The notes under the pieces were generated by a model. That model was not told the DNA's origin. It did not search any database and saw only the letters and a program-made list of their open reading frames with translations. The position numbers and the translations under genes are program-made. Positions 9,720 through 19,007 of a stretch of DNA of 50,883 nucleotides are shown in pieces. How positions within the stretch are numbered: the stretch's first letter is position 1; each line of letters opens with the position of its first letter. The stretch comes from a virus (Duplodnaviria; Caudoviricetes): IMG/VR virus record IMGVR_UViG_3300042923_000161, positions 1-50,883 of that record, one strand, 5' to 3'.

Positions 9720-10045
9720 GGTACTTCACCTATAGGGGTTGTTGCAGCTTCCCACGGGGTCCAATTCAACTCTCTGATACGATGTTCCAATCTTTCAGCA
9801 CCTATGCCACGTTGCCAAGCCACGTGATAGGATGCAGGGTTTATGTCTTTGTCAGGCGTATGTTCTACAGATGATGGCATTACGTATGTGTCAGGTGGCC
9901 TTTTCATACTTCTAACTCTCTTCGTTACAGCTTCTTTGATGCTCCAATTTTGATAGTTGACACGTGCGTATACACGGTTACGGCTGATCCCGTTCTCCAG
10001 CGCCTTCTTGTAATCCGACTCTTGGATCTTTTTTCGCTTTTTCAT
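9695..10045 (-). CDS. Putative DNA-binding protein with repeated A.ENGI...Y.R....W...EA.T.P units
   Basis: Two copies of the unit; similar to the N-terminal half of 36098..36718. Confidence 0.65.
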   Translation of the reverse strand: MKKRKKIQESDYKKALENGISRNRVYARVNYQNWSIKEAVTKRVRSMKRPPDTYVMPSSVEHTPDKDINPASYHVAWQRGIGAERLEHRIRELNWTPWEAATTPIGEVPKRPKPVV

Positions 10046-10430
10046 ACAGTCTGATACCCTCCTGTAAGCTGTCAAGTGCTTTCTTCAAGTCCTCCAGCCC
10101 GTTCTTCTTCTCATGCCGGGCTACGTACTTCAGTACATTTCCCAAATGGAACCCAATAGCTTGTTGCGGGTTCATGTTCGCTTCAATGAATTGCCATGGA
10201 TCAATACCGCCGCTGTGATAATGGTTCGGTTTGAAGTTGCGTCTGTACTCTTCAAGGTCTTTTGTAGTAATGCCTAAGCTTGTAGATATAGGCTTCAACT
10301 CTGAACCATGTACAAATTCCCGTGAACCACCCGGATATTCAATTTGATAATCTCCACAACCTGCATCACCCACAACCATGCAAACATGACCTCTGTAGGT
10401 GTGTGTTGGTTTAAATTCCCTAGTTGGCAT
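9978..10430 (-). CDS. DUF3310 / SaV-like domain protein
   Basis: PNHY.SGGID...GF.LGNVLKYV.R...KNG.EDLKKA. Confidence 0.85.
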   Translation of the reverse strand: MPTREFKPTHTYRGHVCMVVGDAGCGDYQIEYPGGSREFVHGSELKPISTSLGITTKDLEEYRRNFKPNHYHSGGIDPWQFIEANMNPQQAIGFHLGNVLKYVARHEKKNGLEDLKKALDSLQEGIRLYEKAKKDPRVGLQEGAGERDQP

Positions 10431-10587
10431 TTGTAACTTCCTCCTTGTACATAATTGCGTAGTATTTGCGTGTTCCCCAATTGCTGAAGTTCCATCCTCG
10501 CCGTTTCAGTGAATATCCTTGCGCCTTACGATCTGCAATAACCTTATCCATTTCCTTTTCAGAGAACGCGGTCACTGTAACGGACAT
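10420..10587 (-). CDS. Hypothetical protein (55 aa)
   Basis: MSVTVTAFSEKEMDKVIADRKAQGY...; fills the gap between its neighbours. Confidence 0.6.
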   Translation of the reverse strand: MSVTVTAFSEKEMDKVIADRKAQGYSLKRRGWNFSNWGTRKYYAIMYKEEVTNAN

Positions 10588-10592
10588 TTCCC

Positions 10593-11078
10593 TCATTTCT
10601 TGGCCCCGTAACGCAGGTAATGCAGACCGTGCCTGATAGCGTCCCTTTCATGGATTACAGACGGCTGACCATTGATTAGGTGGTTGCGGCCTTTCTTTGT
10701 GGCGACTCCCGTATTCACCAGCACTGCATCCGTGAACCGCTGCTTGATGGATGGGTCTTGCAGTACAAATTCAATGCCCTTCTCCCATGCCATCATACGC
10801 AGATAGCCGATCAGTTGTGGAGTTTCCAGACTGCTGTAGCTTTGCGCTCCAGCTTTTGATGGTTGCAGCTTGTACGACTCACAAACGATAACATCCATAG
10901 GAAAGTGATTCACAGTACGCCACACGTTAAACCAGTACGACTCCATAGAAGAGAAGTCTTCAGCTTCAACTCTTCCAAACTGCCACACTTTATCATATTC
11001 AAAGCGTGCAATCCCCGTTGTACCCTTTCCTTCCCGGTCACTGAAGTTCCCGCTTGGGTCAATTGCCAATATCCTCAT
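10593..11078 (-). CDS. RuvC-like Holliday junction resolvase
   Basis: ILAIDPSG...TTGIA, VIVCESY and HERDAIRH (RNase H fold). Confidence 0.8.
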   Translation of the reverse strand: MRILAIDPSGNFSDREGKGTTGIARFEYDKVWQFGRVEAEDFSSMESYWFNVWRTVNHFPMDVIVCESYKLQPSKAGAQSYSSLETPQLIGYLRMMAWEKGIEFVLQDPSIKQRFTDAVLVNTGVATKKGRNHLINGQPSVIHERDAIRHGLHYLRYGAKK

Positions 11079-11103
11079 TGGTAAAACCTCCCTTAATGCT
11101 TGT

Positions 11104-11132
11104 ATCGTATCATGTTAAATATTTAATGTCAA
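11104..11132 (-). promoter_or_regulatory. Sigma-A promoter
   Basis: TTGACA-N17-TACGAT. The spacer holds the palindrome TTAAATATTTAA. Confidence 0.75.
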
Positions 11133-11189
11133 CGGGTAGGTATATCTACGTTCATTCCTGCGTAAGCTGTAGCAAAGGAGTGATGAACA

Positions 11190-12431
11190 ATGTTTATCCT
11201 ATCAGCCGCAGGTGCTGCAATGATTGCTACTTCAGCGATTGGGCTTCACCGTAACATGCCAAACAACCACTTGAAGATTATTGTCCGCAAGTATCTGGAA
11301 GCCAACAAATTGGACGGTGTCCGGGTGACACGGGTCCACCGCAGAAGTACTCACGTCTACAGCATGGAATTGTTGCTGCCTTACAACATGACAGCCGACA
11401 AGATCCAAGACCACGTGCCCGGATTCGAACAGGTCACCAGTTCACACGTTCACTTTGTGTACTCAGGCGGCCCACGTTGCCGTCTGGACTTCGGTTTCAG
11501 TCAGTTCAAGGCTAACATGCCCTTCAACCGTTTGGAGCCGCTACAGCCCCTCAGAGTCCCGCTGTACTCACCGTTCGGTGTTCGGTATATCGACTTCACT
11601 GAGGAAACCAGTTGTCATATGCTGCTTGGCGGTGCAACCCGGATGGGTAAAACAGCATTGTTGCGCTTGATAGCTACCTTGCTTGTAGTCGGCACAGACG
11701 GGAAAATCGTCCTCAAGTTAATAGACAACAAAGTCAATGATGTATACATGTTCCAGAATATCCCACAAGTGGACATTGCTGAAACACAAGATGAAGCCCT
11801 TGACATCCTGATGGAAGCCATTCGTGAATCTGTCATGCGGAAGAACCTGCTGAAGCAGCATAATGACTGCATTGACATGAAGGAGTTCAGACAGAAGCAT
11901 CCCGGTGAAGCTTCAGCATTCCCGCCGTACTTTGTGGTAATTGATGAGTATGGACGCTTTGCAGATAACCCGGACATTCAGAAGTGTGTAGAGCAGTTGG
12001 TCGAAACCGCTGGATACGTGGATATGCATATGATCATTGCCAGCCAGCGTCCAGACGCACAGACAGTGCTGAAAGCACGGATCAAGGCGAATCTGACCAC
12101 CCGTGTATGCTTCACAACAACTGATGAAGCCAATAGCAAGGTTGTACTTGACATTCCAGACGCTTCCCGCCTTGGGAAGATACAAGGCCGGGCCGTATTG
12201 ATGGACGGTTTCCCTGAAGTGGTGCAGGTTCCATTCCTCAGCACCTTGGACGCAAAGGATATGCTTAAATCATACGTTAAGGAGCGTGAGTCAAATGACT
12301 CCAAGAGACGGGATGTTGTTGAAAGTTTTGAACCACTTCAGGGTTTTGAACCGCTGTCAGGTGGAGAAGATGATCTTCCCAAACCTAAAAAGCGCAACAC
12401 AAACGGCAAATCGCGTCCTAAAAAGGCTTGA
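11190..12431 (+). CDS. FtsK/SpoIIIE-family ATPase
   Basis: N-terminal hydrophobic anchor, Walker A GGATRMGKT, Walker B VVIDE, ASQRPDA and GRA motifs. Confidence 0.9.
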   Translation: MFILSAAGAAMIATSAIGLHRNMPNNHLKIIVRKYLEANKLDGVRVTRVHRRSTHVYSMELLLPYNMTADKIQDHVPGFEQVTSSHVHFVYSGGPRCRLDFGFSQFKANMPFNRLEPLQPLRVPLYSPFGVRYIDFTEETSCHMLLGGATRMGKTALLRLIATLLVVGTDGKIVLKLIDNKVNDVYMFQNIPQVDIAETQDEALDILMEAIRESVMRKNLLKQHNDCIDMKEFRQKHPGEASAFPPYFVVIDEYGRFADNPDIQKCVEQLVETAGYVDMHMIIASQRPDAQTVLKARIKANLTTRVCFTTTDEANSKVVLDIPDASRLGKIQGRAVLMDGFPEVVQVPFLSTLDAKDMLKSYVKERESNDSKRRDVVESFEPLQGFEPLSGGEDDLPKPKKRNTNGKSRPKKA

Positions 12432-12843
12432 GCGGGATGGTTATATCCTTCAGATTCCGCAGCGCCGTGATCGTCCGTACCTTTATATGCCTAACCCGGC
12501 GAAAATGCACCACCAGTCATCAAAACTGGAGCATTTCTTGGGGCTCGCGGACATCTACCTTCAGTTTGGAAAACCTGTCACCTTTGAAATTGAACCAGAT
12601 ATCTGTGAAAAGTACAGACCGGATGCCTACATGGTCTTTAGGGATCGGCACATACTCATTGAGTACCAACGATCCATCATCAGTCAAAGAAGAATGCAGG
12701 ACAAAGTAGACCGATTCATGGAGTCCTATACGCAGGGCCATCATAAGTGCCGGGAGATGTGCATTGTCAGCAACTTCAAATACAACGTCAGCCACCCCAA
12801 AGGTTTCGCAGTCCACCAAATAGAAAAAGCCCCCGGCGCTTAA
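12295..12843 (+). CDS. Replication-relaxation (Replic_Relax) family protein
   Basis: wHTH N-terminus (RD..L..L..FRVL..ANRVLKRL..DG), then H.L...D, PDA and IEYQRS; overlaps the end of FtsK. Confidence 0.82.
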   Translation: MTPRDGMLLKVLNHFRVLNRCQVEKMIFPNLKSATQTANRVLKRLERDGYILQIPQRRDRPYLYMPNPAKMHHQSSKLEHFLGLADIYLQFGKPVTFEIEPDICEKYRPDAYMVFRDRHILIEYQRSIISQRRMQDKVDRFMESYTQGHHKCREMCIVSNFKYNVSHPKGFAVHQIEKAPGA

Positions 12844-12853
12844 CCGGGGGTTT
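12824..12853. terminator. Terminator between convergent genes
   Basis: AAAAAGCCCCCGG-loop-CCGGGGGTTT. Confidence 0.75.
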
Positions 12854-12855
12854 AC

Positions 12856-13029
12856 TCATCCAAACATGACGTACAGTCCAGTTCCTCCAAAGAAGAACAA
12901 GAACATAAACGCGATGTACAAAATTGTAGTTGTTCTGCTGTCTTGGTCACTTTCAACCGCTGCCTTGACAACTCCAAAGCAGCTTATGAGCCAAACCACA
13001 ATCAGTATGAATCCGAATACAGTCTTCAC
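12856..13029 (-). CDS. Small two-TM membrane protein (57 aa)
   Basis: GTG start; MKTVFGFILIVVWLISCFGVV...ILYIAFMFLFFFGG. Confidence 0.6.
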   Translation of the reverse strand: MKTVFGFILIVVWLISCFGVVKAAVESDQDSRTTTILYIAFMFLFFFGGTGLYVMFG

Positions 13030-13039
13030 ATGCAGTCAC

Positions 13040-13504
13040 CTACTTTCCAGTGTGACCAAGACCGCCTTCACCACGTACTGTTTCATCCAATGTGTCCGTC
13101 TCTTCCAGTTCTGTAGGTGGCACGTATTTGAAAACGATCTGGCCTATTCTATCACCTTTGCTAAATGCTATGGGCTTGCTGGTGAAATTATACAACAAAA
13201 CTTTGACTGGCCCTCTGAAGTCACTATCAATCGTTCCGCTGAAAGCATCCATACCCTTGTTGAACGCCAGCCCGGAACGACCCTTCACATCACCCACAAT
13301 ATTCTCAGGGATTGCAAAGTGTACCAACGTATTAACTTGGTAACGCCCAACATCCACCGCAGCAGTTCCACGGCCTTGTGTTGCTGGAACAATAAAGTCG
13401 ATTGGGCTGTACAGATCGTACCCCGCTGCTCCTTCAGTTCCCTTCGTTGGCTTTGTGCCACCCTCTTTTACCACGATCTTGATCTTAGTCACCTTTGTTG
13501 ACAT
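13040..13504 (-). CDS. dut: Trimeric dUTPase
   Basis: AAGYDL, GRSGLA, GTIDSDFRG, GDRIGQ and RGEGGLGHTG motifs. Confidence 0.95.
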   Translation of the reverse strand: MSTKVTKIKIVVKEGGTKPTKGTEGAAGYDLYSPIDFIVPATQGRGTAAVDVGRYQVNTLVHFAIPENIVGDVKGRSGLAFNKGMDAFSGTIDSDFRGPVKVLLYNFTSKPIAFSKGDRIGQIVFKYVPPTELEETDTLDETVRGEGGLGHTGK

Positions 13505-13515
13505 GTTAATTCCTC

Positions 13516-15900
13516 CTATGCAGCGATTTTGTAGGCTTTCTTCTCAGCCCATGATGTTTCAGTGTAATCTGGCTCTACTACCAACGGAACCATAAGCTTA
13601 GGCGTGTACATCATCATTTCACAAAGCTTCGGCACGATCCATTGCTCATCATCAAAGATTTTGAAGATCAATTCATCGTGGATCGGACCCATCATGTATG
13701 ACTTCAGCCCATTCTCTTCGAAAAACGCATCAAGTATGAGTGTCTTTTCCTTCAGGTCATCAGCACATGTTCCTTGGATGCAGTAATTCGATCCGGTGTA
13801 GTACTTGCGCGGATTCGTAATATAGTAACGTCTTCCATAAAGGTTGACGATATACCCTTTCTTCTGGAACGCACGTTCAATTCCGTTTTGGTACCCGTCA
13901 CGAATGACAGGGAATGACTGAATAAAACCGTCATCAATGGCGTATGCTTGGTCTAGTGTGATATCTAGGACTTCGGCTGACATTTCAGGTCCGCCGCCGT
14001 ACACCTTCATGAAGTTGTAGCGTTTACCAATGTTACGCCAGAACTTGTAAACATCCTTGGCGACCTTAGCCGGGTCCATTCCCATGATCTTCATGGCTTC
14101 TTCAGCCGTTGCGCTGTGTACGTCTGTAGGAACCCATGGCTTTTTAGTCTCTGGTACAACCCACGCCGACCATCCTTGTTTCAGTTGGTCTTCCCAATAG
14201 ATATCAGGAGCGCCGGGACGCATCTCAGACCAGCGCATCTTGTCCGCTTCAGTCTTGTAGTCATAAATCTCACCAGTTTCAGAGTGCACACACTTGAACG
14301 GCATGTAGGCCCGGCACAGGTTAAGGTCACCACCGAATGGGATCGTGTAGTGGGCCTGTGTCCGAAGTTCTACCTGTGAAAAGTCAAGGAAGAACATCTT
14401 TGACCCGTCATCATCGTTGACGATGGCTTTACGCGGGAAGTACAGTTCTTCAGCAGGGTCACAGCCGTTTTCACCCGGAGTCCATGATCCGCTGTTAGCT
14501 TTACGCTGCTCATCACCCTTCATCGTCAGGAGTGGTTCCCGTGGCATCTGCTGGAAGTCACCTGAGTAGCGTCCGGTTACTGGGTTGAACTGGTTCAGGC
14601 TGGTATAGATACGTCCGTCATAGTCGGACATCTCTATATGCTTCAGCAGGTATGTAGTCAGCCACTTTTCAACTGACCGCAGCTTCATGATGATCGGTGC
14701 CAGCTTGTCTCCAGCAAGTGCGAACTTCTTCAATGCAGCAGCGTCTGTAGCTTCAGGTGTCTTACCAAGCCGCTTTGCGTATATGCGTTTGATCAGTGCG
14801 TGTTGCCCTGTGCTGAACTCAGGGTGTGTGTCTCCAGTCCAGTTAGGTGCTGCTTCTACCCACATCTTGTGGCGTAGTTCGTCCCGGTACGCCGTGACTG
14901 CTTCAGCACATCCGATCAGGTAATCACGGTCAGCCTTGAACCCTACACGTGTCATCTTGAAGGTGACGTTTAGGTTCTTGAACTCTCTGTCAAGCACAGA
15001 TTGTTGCTCTTTGGCCTTGATGACAGGCATACCCATTTCAACAAGCATGTCGGTGATCACTGTATCTGAAGCTACATAAGGTGATATAATCTCATGCGGA
15101 ACGTCTGTGTAGTTCGGTTCCGGGTACTCCTTACGCCAGTGCACGAATACATCCATGACTTCATCAGGGATAGGTTCCCTCCCCTTATTCATAGCGTCCT
15201 CAAAGCGTGTGATTCCCCACCCGTGCGGCTTCAAAAACGATATCAGTATCTTACGATCTGCTGTAGCTTTTGCCTTCAACCAAGACTTGACAGCCTTTTC
15301 ATAACGATCTGCGGTTGGATCAATGTACTTCACGGCAACTGCTTTCAATGCCAGCTTATCGCCGCCGTGTCGTGGTGACAATGACTCAAATGTGGAGCGC
15401 AGAACGCCCATGGTGTCACCCCAGTTCTTAATGGAGTTGACCCAACCATTCCCGGCAACGTTGGCTGACATGTGCATTTCAAACAGTGCGTTGTGTGCGT
15501 AGATCAGTTCGACCATTCCAGCCATGTCCTTCAGGTAGTTCAGATTCTTCAGGTTGACCGGGAATACGAACGCTATGCGCTGCGTAGCAGTGTGCCAAGC
15601 TACCGAAGCGATTGTTGGCATGTCCTTACGTAAGTGCAGCCCCGTGGACTCCACGTCATAGTTGATATACCCCGGCTTGATCGTCAAGCCCTTCAGGTAG
15701 TCCCTCGCAAACTTCAGACTCTCCAGATACTTGACTTCATAGACTGTCTCACCCATACGTACCTTGCCTTGCTCATTGACATCTTCGATGGTGACTTGGT
15801 TAACGTCCGGTAGTTCACGGGGAAAGCACTTGTTACAAGGCTGTCCCCATTCGTTACCTTCGCAGCTACACGACTTTTCAACTTCTTCTCCCCAACTCAT
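13516..15900 (-). CDS. DNA polymerase family A with 3'-5' exonuclease
   Basis: Exo YDVESTG / AHNALFE / YVASD; TGRYS; motif A DFSQVELR; motif B R..GKRYNF..VYGGG; motif C IHDEL. Confidence 0.95.
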   Translation of the reverse strand: MSWGEEVEKSCSCEGNEWGQPCNKCFPRELPDVNQVTIEDVNEQGKVRMGETVYEVKYLESLKFARDYLKGLTIKPGYINYDVESTGLHLRKDMPTIASVAWHTATQRIAFVFPVNLKNLNYLKDMAGMVELIYAHNALFEMHMSANVAGNGWVNSIKNWGDTMGVLRSTFESLSPRHGGDKLALKAVAVKYIDPTADRYEKAVKSWLKAKATADRKILISFLKPHGWGITRFEDAMNKGREPIPDEVMDVFVHWRKEYPEPNYTDVPHEIISPYVASDTVITDMLVEMGMPVIKAKEQQSVLDREFKNLNVTFKMTRVGFKADRDYLIGCAEAVTAYRDELRHKMWVEAAPNWTGDTHPEFSTGQHALIKRIYAKRLGKTPEATDAAALKKFALAGDKLAPIIMKLRSVEKWLTTYLLKHIEMSDYDGRIYTSLNQFNPVTGRYSGDFQQMPREPLLTMKGDEQRKANSGSWTPGENGCDPAEELYFPRKAIVNDDDGSKMFFLDFSQVELRTQAHYTIPFGGDLNLCRAYMPFKCVHSETGEIYDYKTEADKMRWSEMRPGAPDIYWEDQLKQGWSAWVVPETKKPWVPTDVHSATAEEAMKIMGMDPAKVAKDVYKFWRNIGKRYNFMKVYGGGPEMSAEVLDITLDQAYAIDDGFIQSFPVIRDGYQNGIERAFQKKGYIVNLYGRRYYITNPRKYYTGSNYCIQGTCADDLKEKTLILDAFFEENGLKSYMMGPIHDELIFKIFDDEQWIVPKLCEMMMYTPKLMVPLVVEPDYTETSWAEKKAYKIAA

Positions 15901-16091
15901 AACTGCACCTCCAGCTTCGTGCCGCAGAATGGGCAGTACTTTATGTCATACGCTATTGCTGAGTCACATTCAACGGACAGCATCCATTCTTCGCCGCCCC
16001 AATATAGGTAGTTTTCAAGCGCTGTGCCCATACTCTTATTCTCTTCACAATCATGTCTGTCTCCATTTTGCATAACCCTATCCCCTTTCAC
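15897..16091 (-). CDS. Small Zn-ribbon protein
   Basis: C-terminal IKYCPFCGTKL. Confidence 0.65.
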   Translation of the reverse strand: MKGDRVMQNGDRHDCEENKSMGTALENYLYWGGEEWMLSVECDSAIAYDIKYCPFCGTKLEVQL

Positions 16092-18906
16092 TCAACGGTT
16101 TCAATCGTTTCTCAACATAAGAATTTGCACATTTACGCAGCCTTGGTGTTGCAGTTACTCCCCTAGCGCTATTACGTATAAGATGATGGCGGGTGAGTGC
16201 TACCAGTGCGCCGCTGAACTGATCGTCCTTCAGCCCTGATAGTGTTTGTAGGCTTCGTTGCGGTATGACCTCGTTTGAATCCAGCAGTTCACGAATGATC
16301 AGCGCTGAACCTTGATTATCCAGCAGCCCGTGTACGTAATGCTCAACTTCCGGTGTAGTCGTGTTGTACTTCCGGTTCTTCTCCACGTAATCCTTCAAGC
16401 GGAAAACGTCATCGTCATAGCATCTGTTGAGGAAACTTTCAGCCCAGTCAACGTGTTCCATCTTGACAATCAAATCTTCGCCGTGTTCATCAGTGCTGAA
16501 GCAACAAGCAGCGCACGCCACAGCTATACGTGCCAGCTTCACATCAGCTTCAGCCCCTAATAGTTTTACATCAGTTGCGTATGATTCGTTTAGAACCTGT
16601 GCCCGGCTCCATATGTAGTCTGTAACCTTGTTGTCGAATCGTACCTGTTCAGCAGTTCTACTCCATACCCACCGGATAAGGCTGACGTATGCTTCCCGGT
16701 CAAATGGGTCTGCACCGGACGCTTGATAATCTTCACGGCTGATGTAATTACCTTTATCCGTGACCATCATAACAGCGTCAAACCGTGCCACGTCTTCGTC
16801 TGAGCCTACCAAGTCCAATACAGCGTCTACGCCACTCGGATACATGGAAAGCTGCTTAGATCGTCCGTTGACCACTCTGGGGTTACCTATCCACAGTAGA
16901 CGTGTCTTGGCTGGTGCCTTTGCAGCGCTGATTTTGGTGATTGTAGCCACACCTTCAGAACGCATGTCTGTCAGTTTTGATATAATCTCACCTGTGATCC
17001 CTGAAGCTTCATCAAGGATCAGCAGCCCTTTGTGATTCCGTGGTACCGCGCCCCAACTGATTTTCCAGCCACCGGACGGCAGCTTGTCCGCACCACCTAA
17101 AAGCCCGGCTACGGTTGAAGTCTTCAGGGATATGATATTTCCGACCCTGTAGAAGTCCTGAAGCGCTTTAGCTGCTGAAGACTTACCTGTCCTTGACTCA
17201 CCTATGATCATAATCTCAGGGAAGCCTTTAACCTTCCGGTTACCCCAGTAGAACTCAATGGGGCTGTGGTATGTGAGGTCTACAGCACTGATGATCATCT
17301 CCGTAGTGAAACTCATCGTGATACGCTTTGACATAGTGTACCTCATACCCATCATCATCTCTGGACTGCCCTGAAACACCGATAAGGTCTGATGCATCTT
17401 CGGGTTCATTTGGAACATGTTCAGCGCGTTGTCTGACTTCTCTACCTTATCAATGACCAAGTATGCACGGTTGTTCTCACGTGGATGTCCGAATGGCTTA
17501 TAGAACACCCGGTACTTATCACCATCCGTCAAACGTGTATCAATGACATAGGCGTACTGTTCAACGGATCGGAACCCGTCTAACTCATTTTCAGACTCTA
17601 CGTCCGGTACCAATACAACCTTCTGGATGGATGACCGCTCCAGAACCTGAACCCGGACACAATCCTTCATTGCAAAATTGATGAAGCGAAGTTCCTTGTC
17701 AAGATCAGCTTCCTTCATCTCAACCAGCTTCAAGAAGTCCTGCAACGTGTGGTCGTCCAGATACCAAATCTTCTCTTTATCTGGTCCCAAGCAGCAATCT
17801 TCAGCACTGTGGTCACTCTTACAGGTGAACTTGACAACTGAAGGAATGTACGTATCCATATCGTACTTACCCGACATGATGACCCGGCTTGACAACCTCT
17901 TACCATGGTACTGTCCTTCAGAAGCATTCCACAGATCAACCAGCGGATATATGCGGTTCTTCTCTTCCATGTACTCTATTTCAGAAAATTGTGGAGCATC
18001 GTGCATAAGCTTATCCACATTGGCGTATACTGTATCAGAGTCCAAGCCGTGGTTGAGGTAGTAGTCTGAAAGGTCTTTGTCTTCCTTTGTGCCAGCCAAT
18101 GGAAGCCGAAGCATGTAAACAGTCGCTCCAATCTCTCGCAGCTTGAACGCTACAGACTGCATGGACTTCTGGCCCGGTTGATCCATGTCATAGCAGATGT
18201 AGACGGTCTTACCTTTGAACATGTTCAGGAACATTGCTGAAGGAACCGATCCTTCGCCGCCTGTGAAGGTGATAGCGTTGAATCCAAGTTCCCGGCCGAC
18301 AAGTGCGTCATTCTCACCACCGACCAGAAGCGTAGGACGGTCGTCTGTGTACCATGAGTCAAACGGGAATATGAGTGTCGTTGAACCCTTTGTGCCACGC
18401 ATCTTAGGAACCTGATCCGGGCTGTATGTGCGAATGTCAGCCAGTTCACCGAAGATGAATACCGGGTACTGGATGCCATCACCAACTGAGCCTAAACGTG
18501 CTTCTTTGATCGTCTTAATACTCAGTCCACGTCTCTTAGTGAGAACGTCCATGAACACGGGTGATCCGTGAAGGTTCTTCTCCCGGTTCTCCCAAACTTT
18601 AGCATCAGCGCCGCCCACATTCGCAGTACGGTTCATATATAGAATGGCATCCTTGCGTGGGATGCCATAGTACGCACTTATGAAGTCAAGTTCAGTCAGA
18701 CCGCCATTACCAAAACGTTCTTCAGCCCGGCAGGTCTTGCAGTGAAACATACCTTTTTCAAGATTCACGTGTGCTGAAGGATTCTTATCGTAACCCTTGC
18801 TATGCTTAAAAGGGCAGCGTACCGCATACTCACCCTGCGTGTTCGGCTCCCCTAATTCTCCAGCGCGTGTAAAGAAGTGATCTAAAAATTGTCCTTTGTC
18901 AAGCAC
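16078..18906 (-). CDS. Primase (Zn finger + TOPRIM) fused to an MCM-like AAA+ helicase
   Basis: CPF.H..C..C zinc finger; GEND, GGEG and YDMD.PG TOPRIM motifs; GESRTGKS, T.AGL.GG, LILDE and ARFD; C-terminal wHTH-like region. Confidence 0.85.
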   Translation of the reverse strand: MLDKGQFLDHFFTRAGELGEPNTQGEYAVRCPFKHSKGYDKNPSAHVNLEKGMFHCKTCRAEERFGNGGLTELDFISAYYGIPRKDAILYMNRTANVGGADAKVWENREKNLHGSPVFMDVLTKRRGLSIKTIKEARLGSVGDGIQYPVFIFGELADIRTYSPDQVPKMRGTKGSTTLIFPFDSWYTDDRPTLLVGGENDALVGRELGFNAITFTGGEGSVPSAMFLNMFKGKTVYICYDMDQPGQKSMQSVAFKLREIGATVYMLRLPLAGTKEDKDLSDYYLNHGLDSDTVYANVDKLMHDAPQFSEIEYMEEKNRIYPLVDLWNASEGQYHGKRLSSRVIMSGKYDMDTYIPSVVKFTCKSDHSAEDCCLGPDKEKIWYLDDHTLQDFLKLVEMKEADLDKELRFINFAMKDCVRVQVLERSSIQKVVLVPDVESENELDGFRSVEQYAYVIDTRLTDGDKYRVFYKPFGHPRENNRAYLVIDKVEKSDNALNMFQMNPKMHQTLSVFQGSPEMMMGMRYTMSKRITMSFTTEMIISAVDLTYHSPIEFYWGNRKVKGFPEIMIIGESRTGKSSAAKALQDFYRVGNIISLKTSTVAGLLGGADKLPSGGWKISWGAVPRNHKGLLILDEASGITGEIISKLTDMRSEGVATITKISAAKAPAKTRLLWIGNPRVVNGRSKQLSMYPSGVDAVLDLVGSDEDVARFDAVMMVTDKGNYISREDYQASGADPFDREAYVSLIRWVWSRTAEQVRFDNKVTDYIWSRAQVLNESYATDVKLLGAEADVKLARIAVACAACCFSTDEHGEDLIVKMEHVDWAESFLNRCYDDDVFRLKDYVEKNRKYNTTTPEVEHYVHGLLDNQGSALIIRELLDSNEVIPQRSLQTLSGLKDDQFSGALVALTRHHLIRNSARGVTATPRLRKCANSYVEKRLKPLSERG

Positions 18907-19007
18907 GTTGTTTCCCCCTTTAGTTCACCCGCTTGTGTCACGACAGCCAACAAAGAAGTCTTGCTGCTGCCGCCGCACAAGGGGGCGAAGAATCTCGCCC
19001 GATTGTT

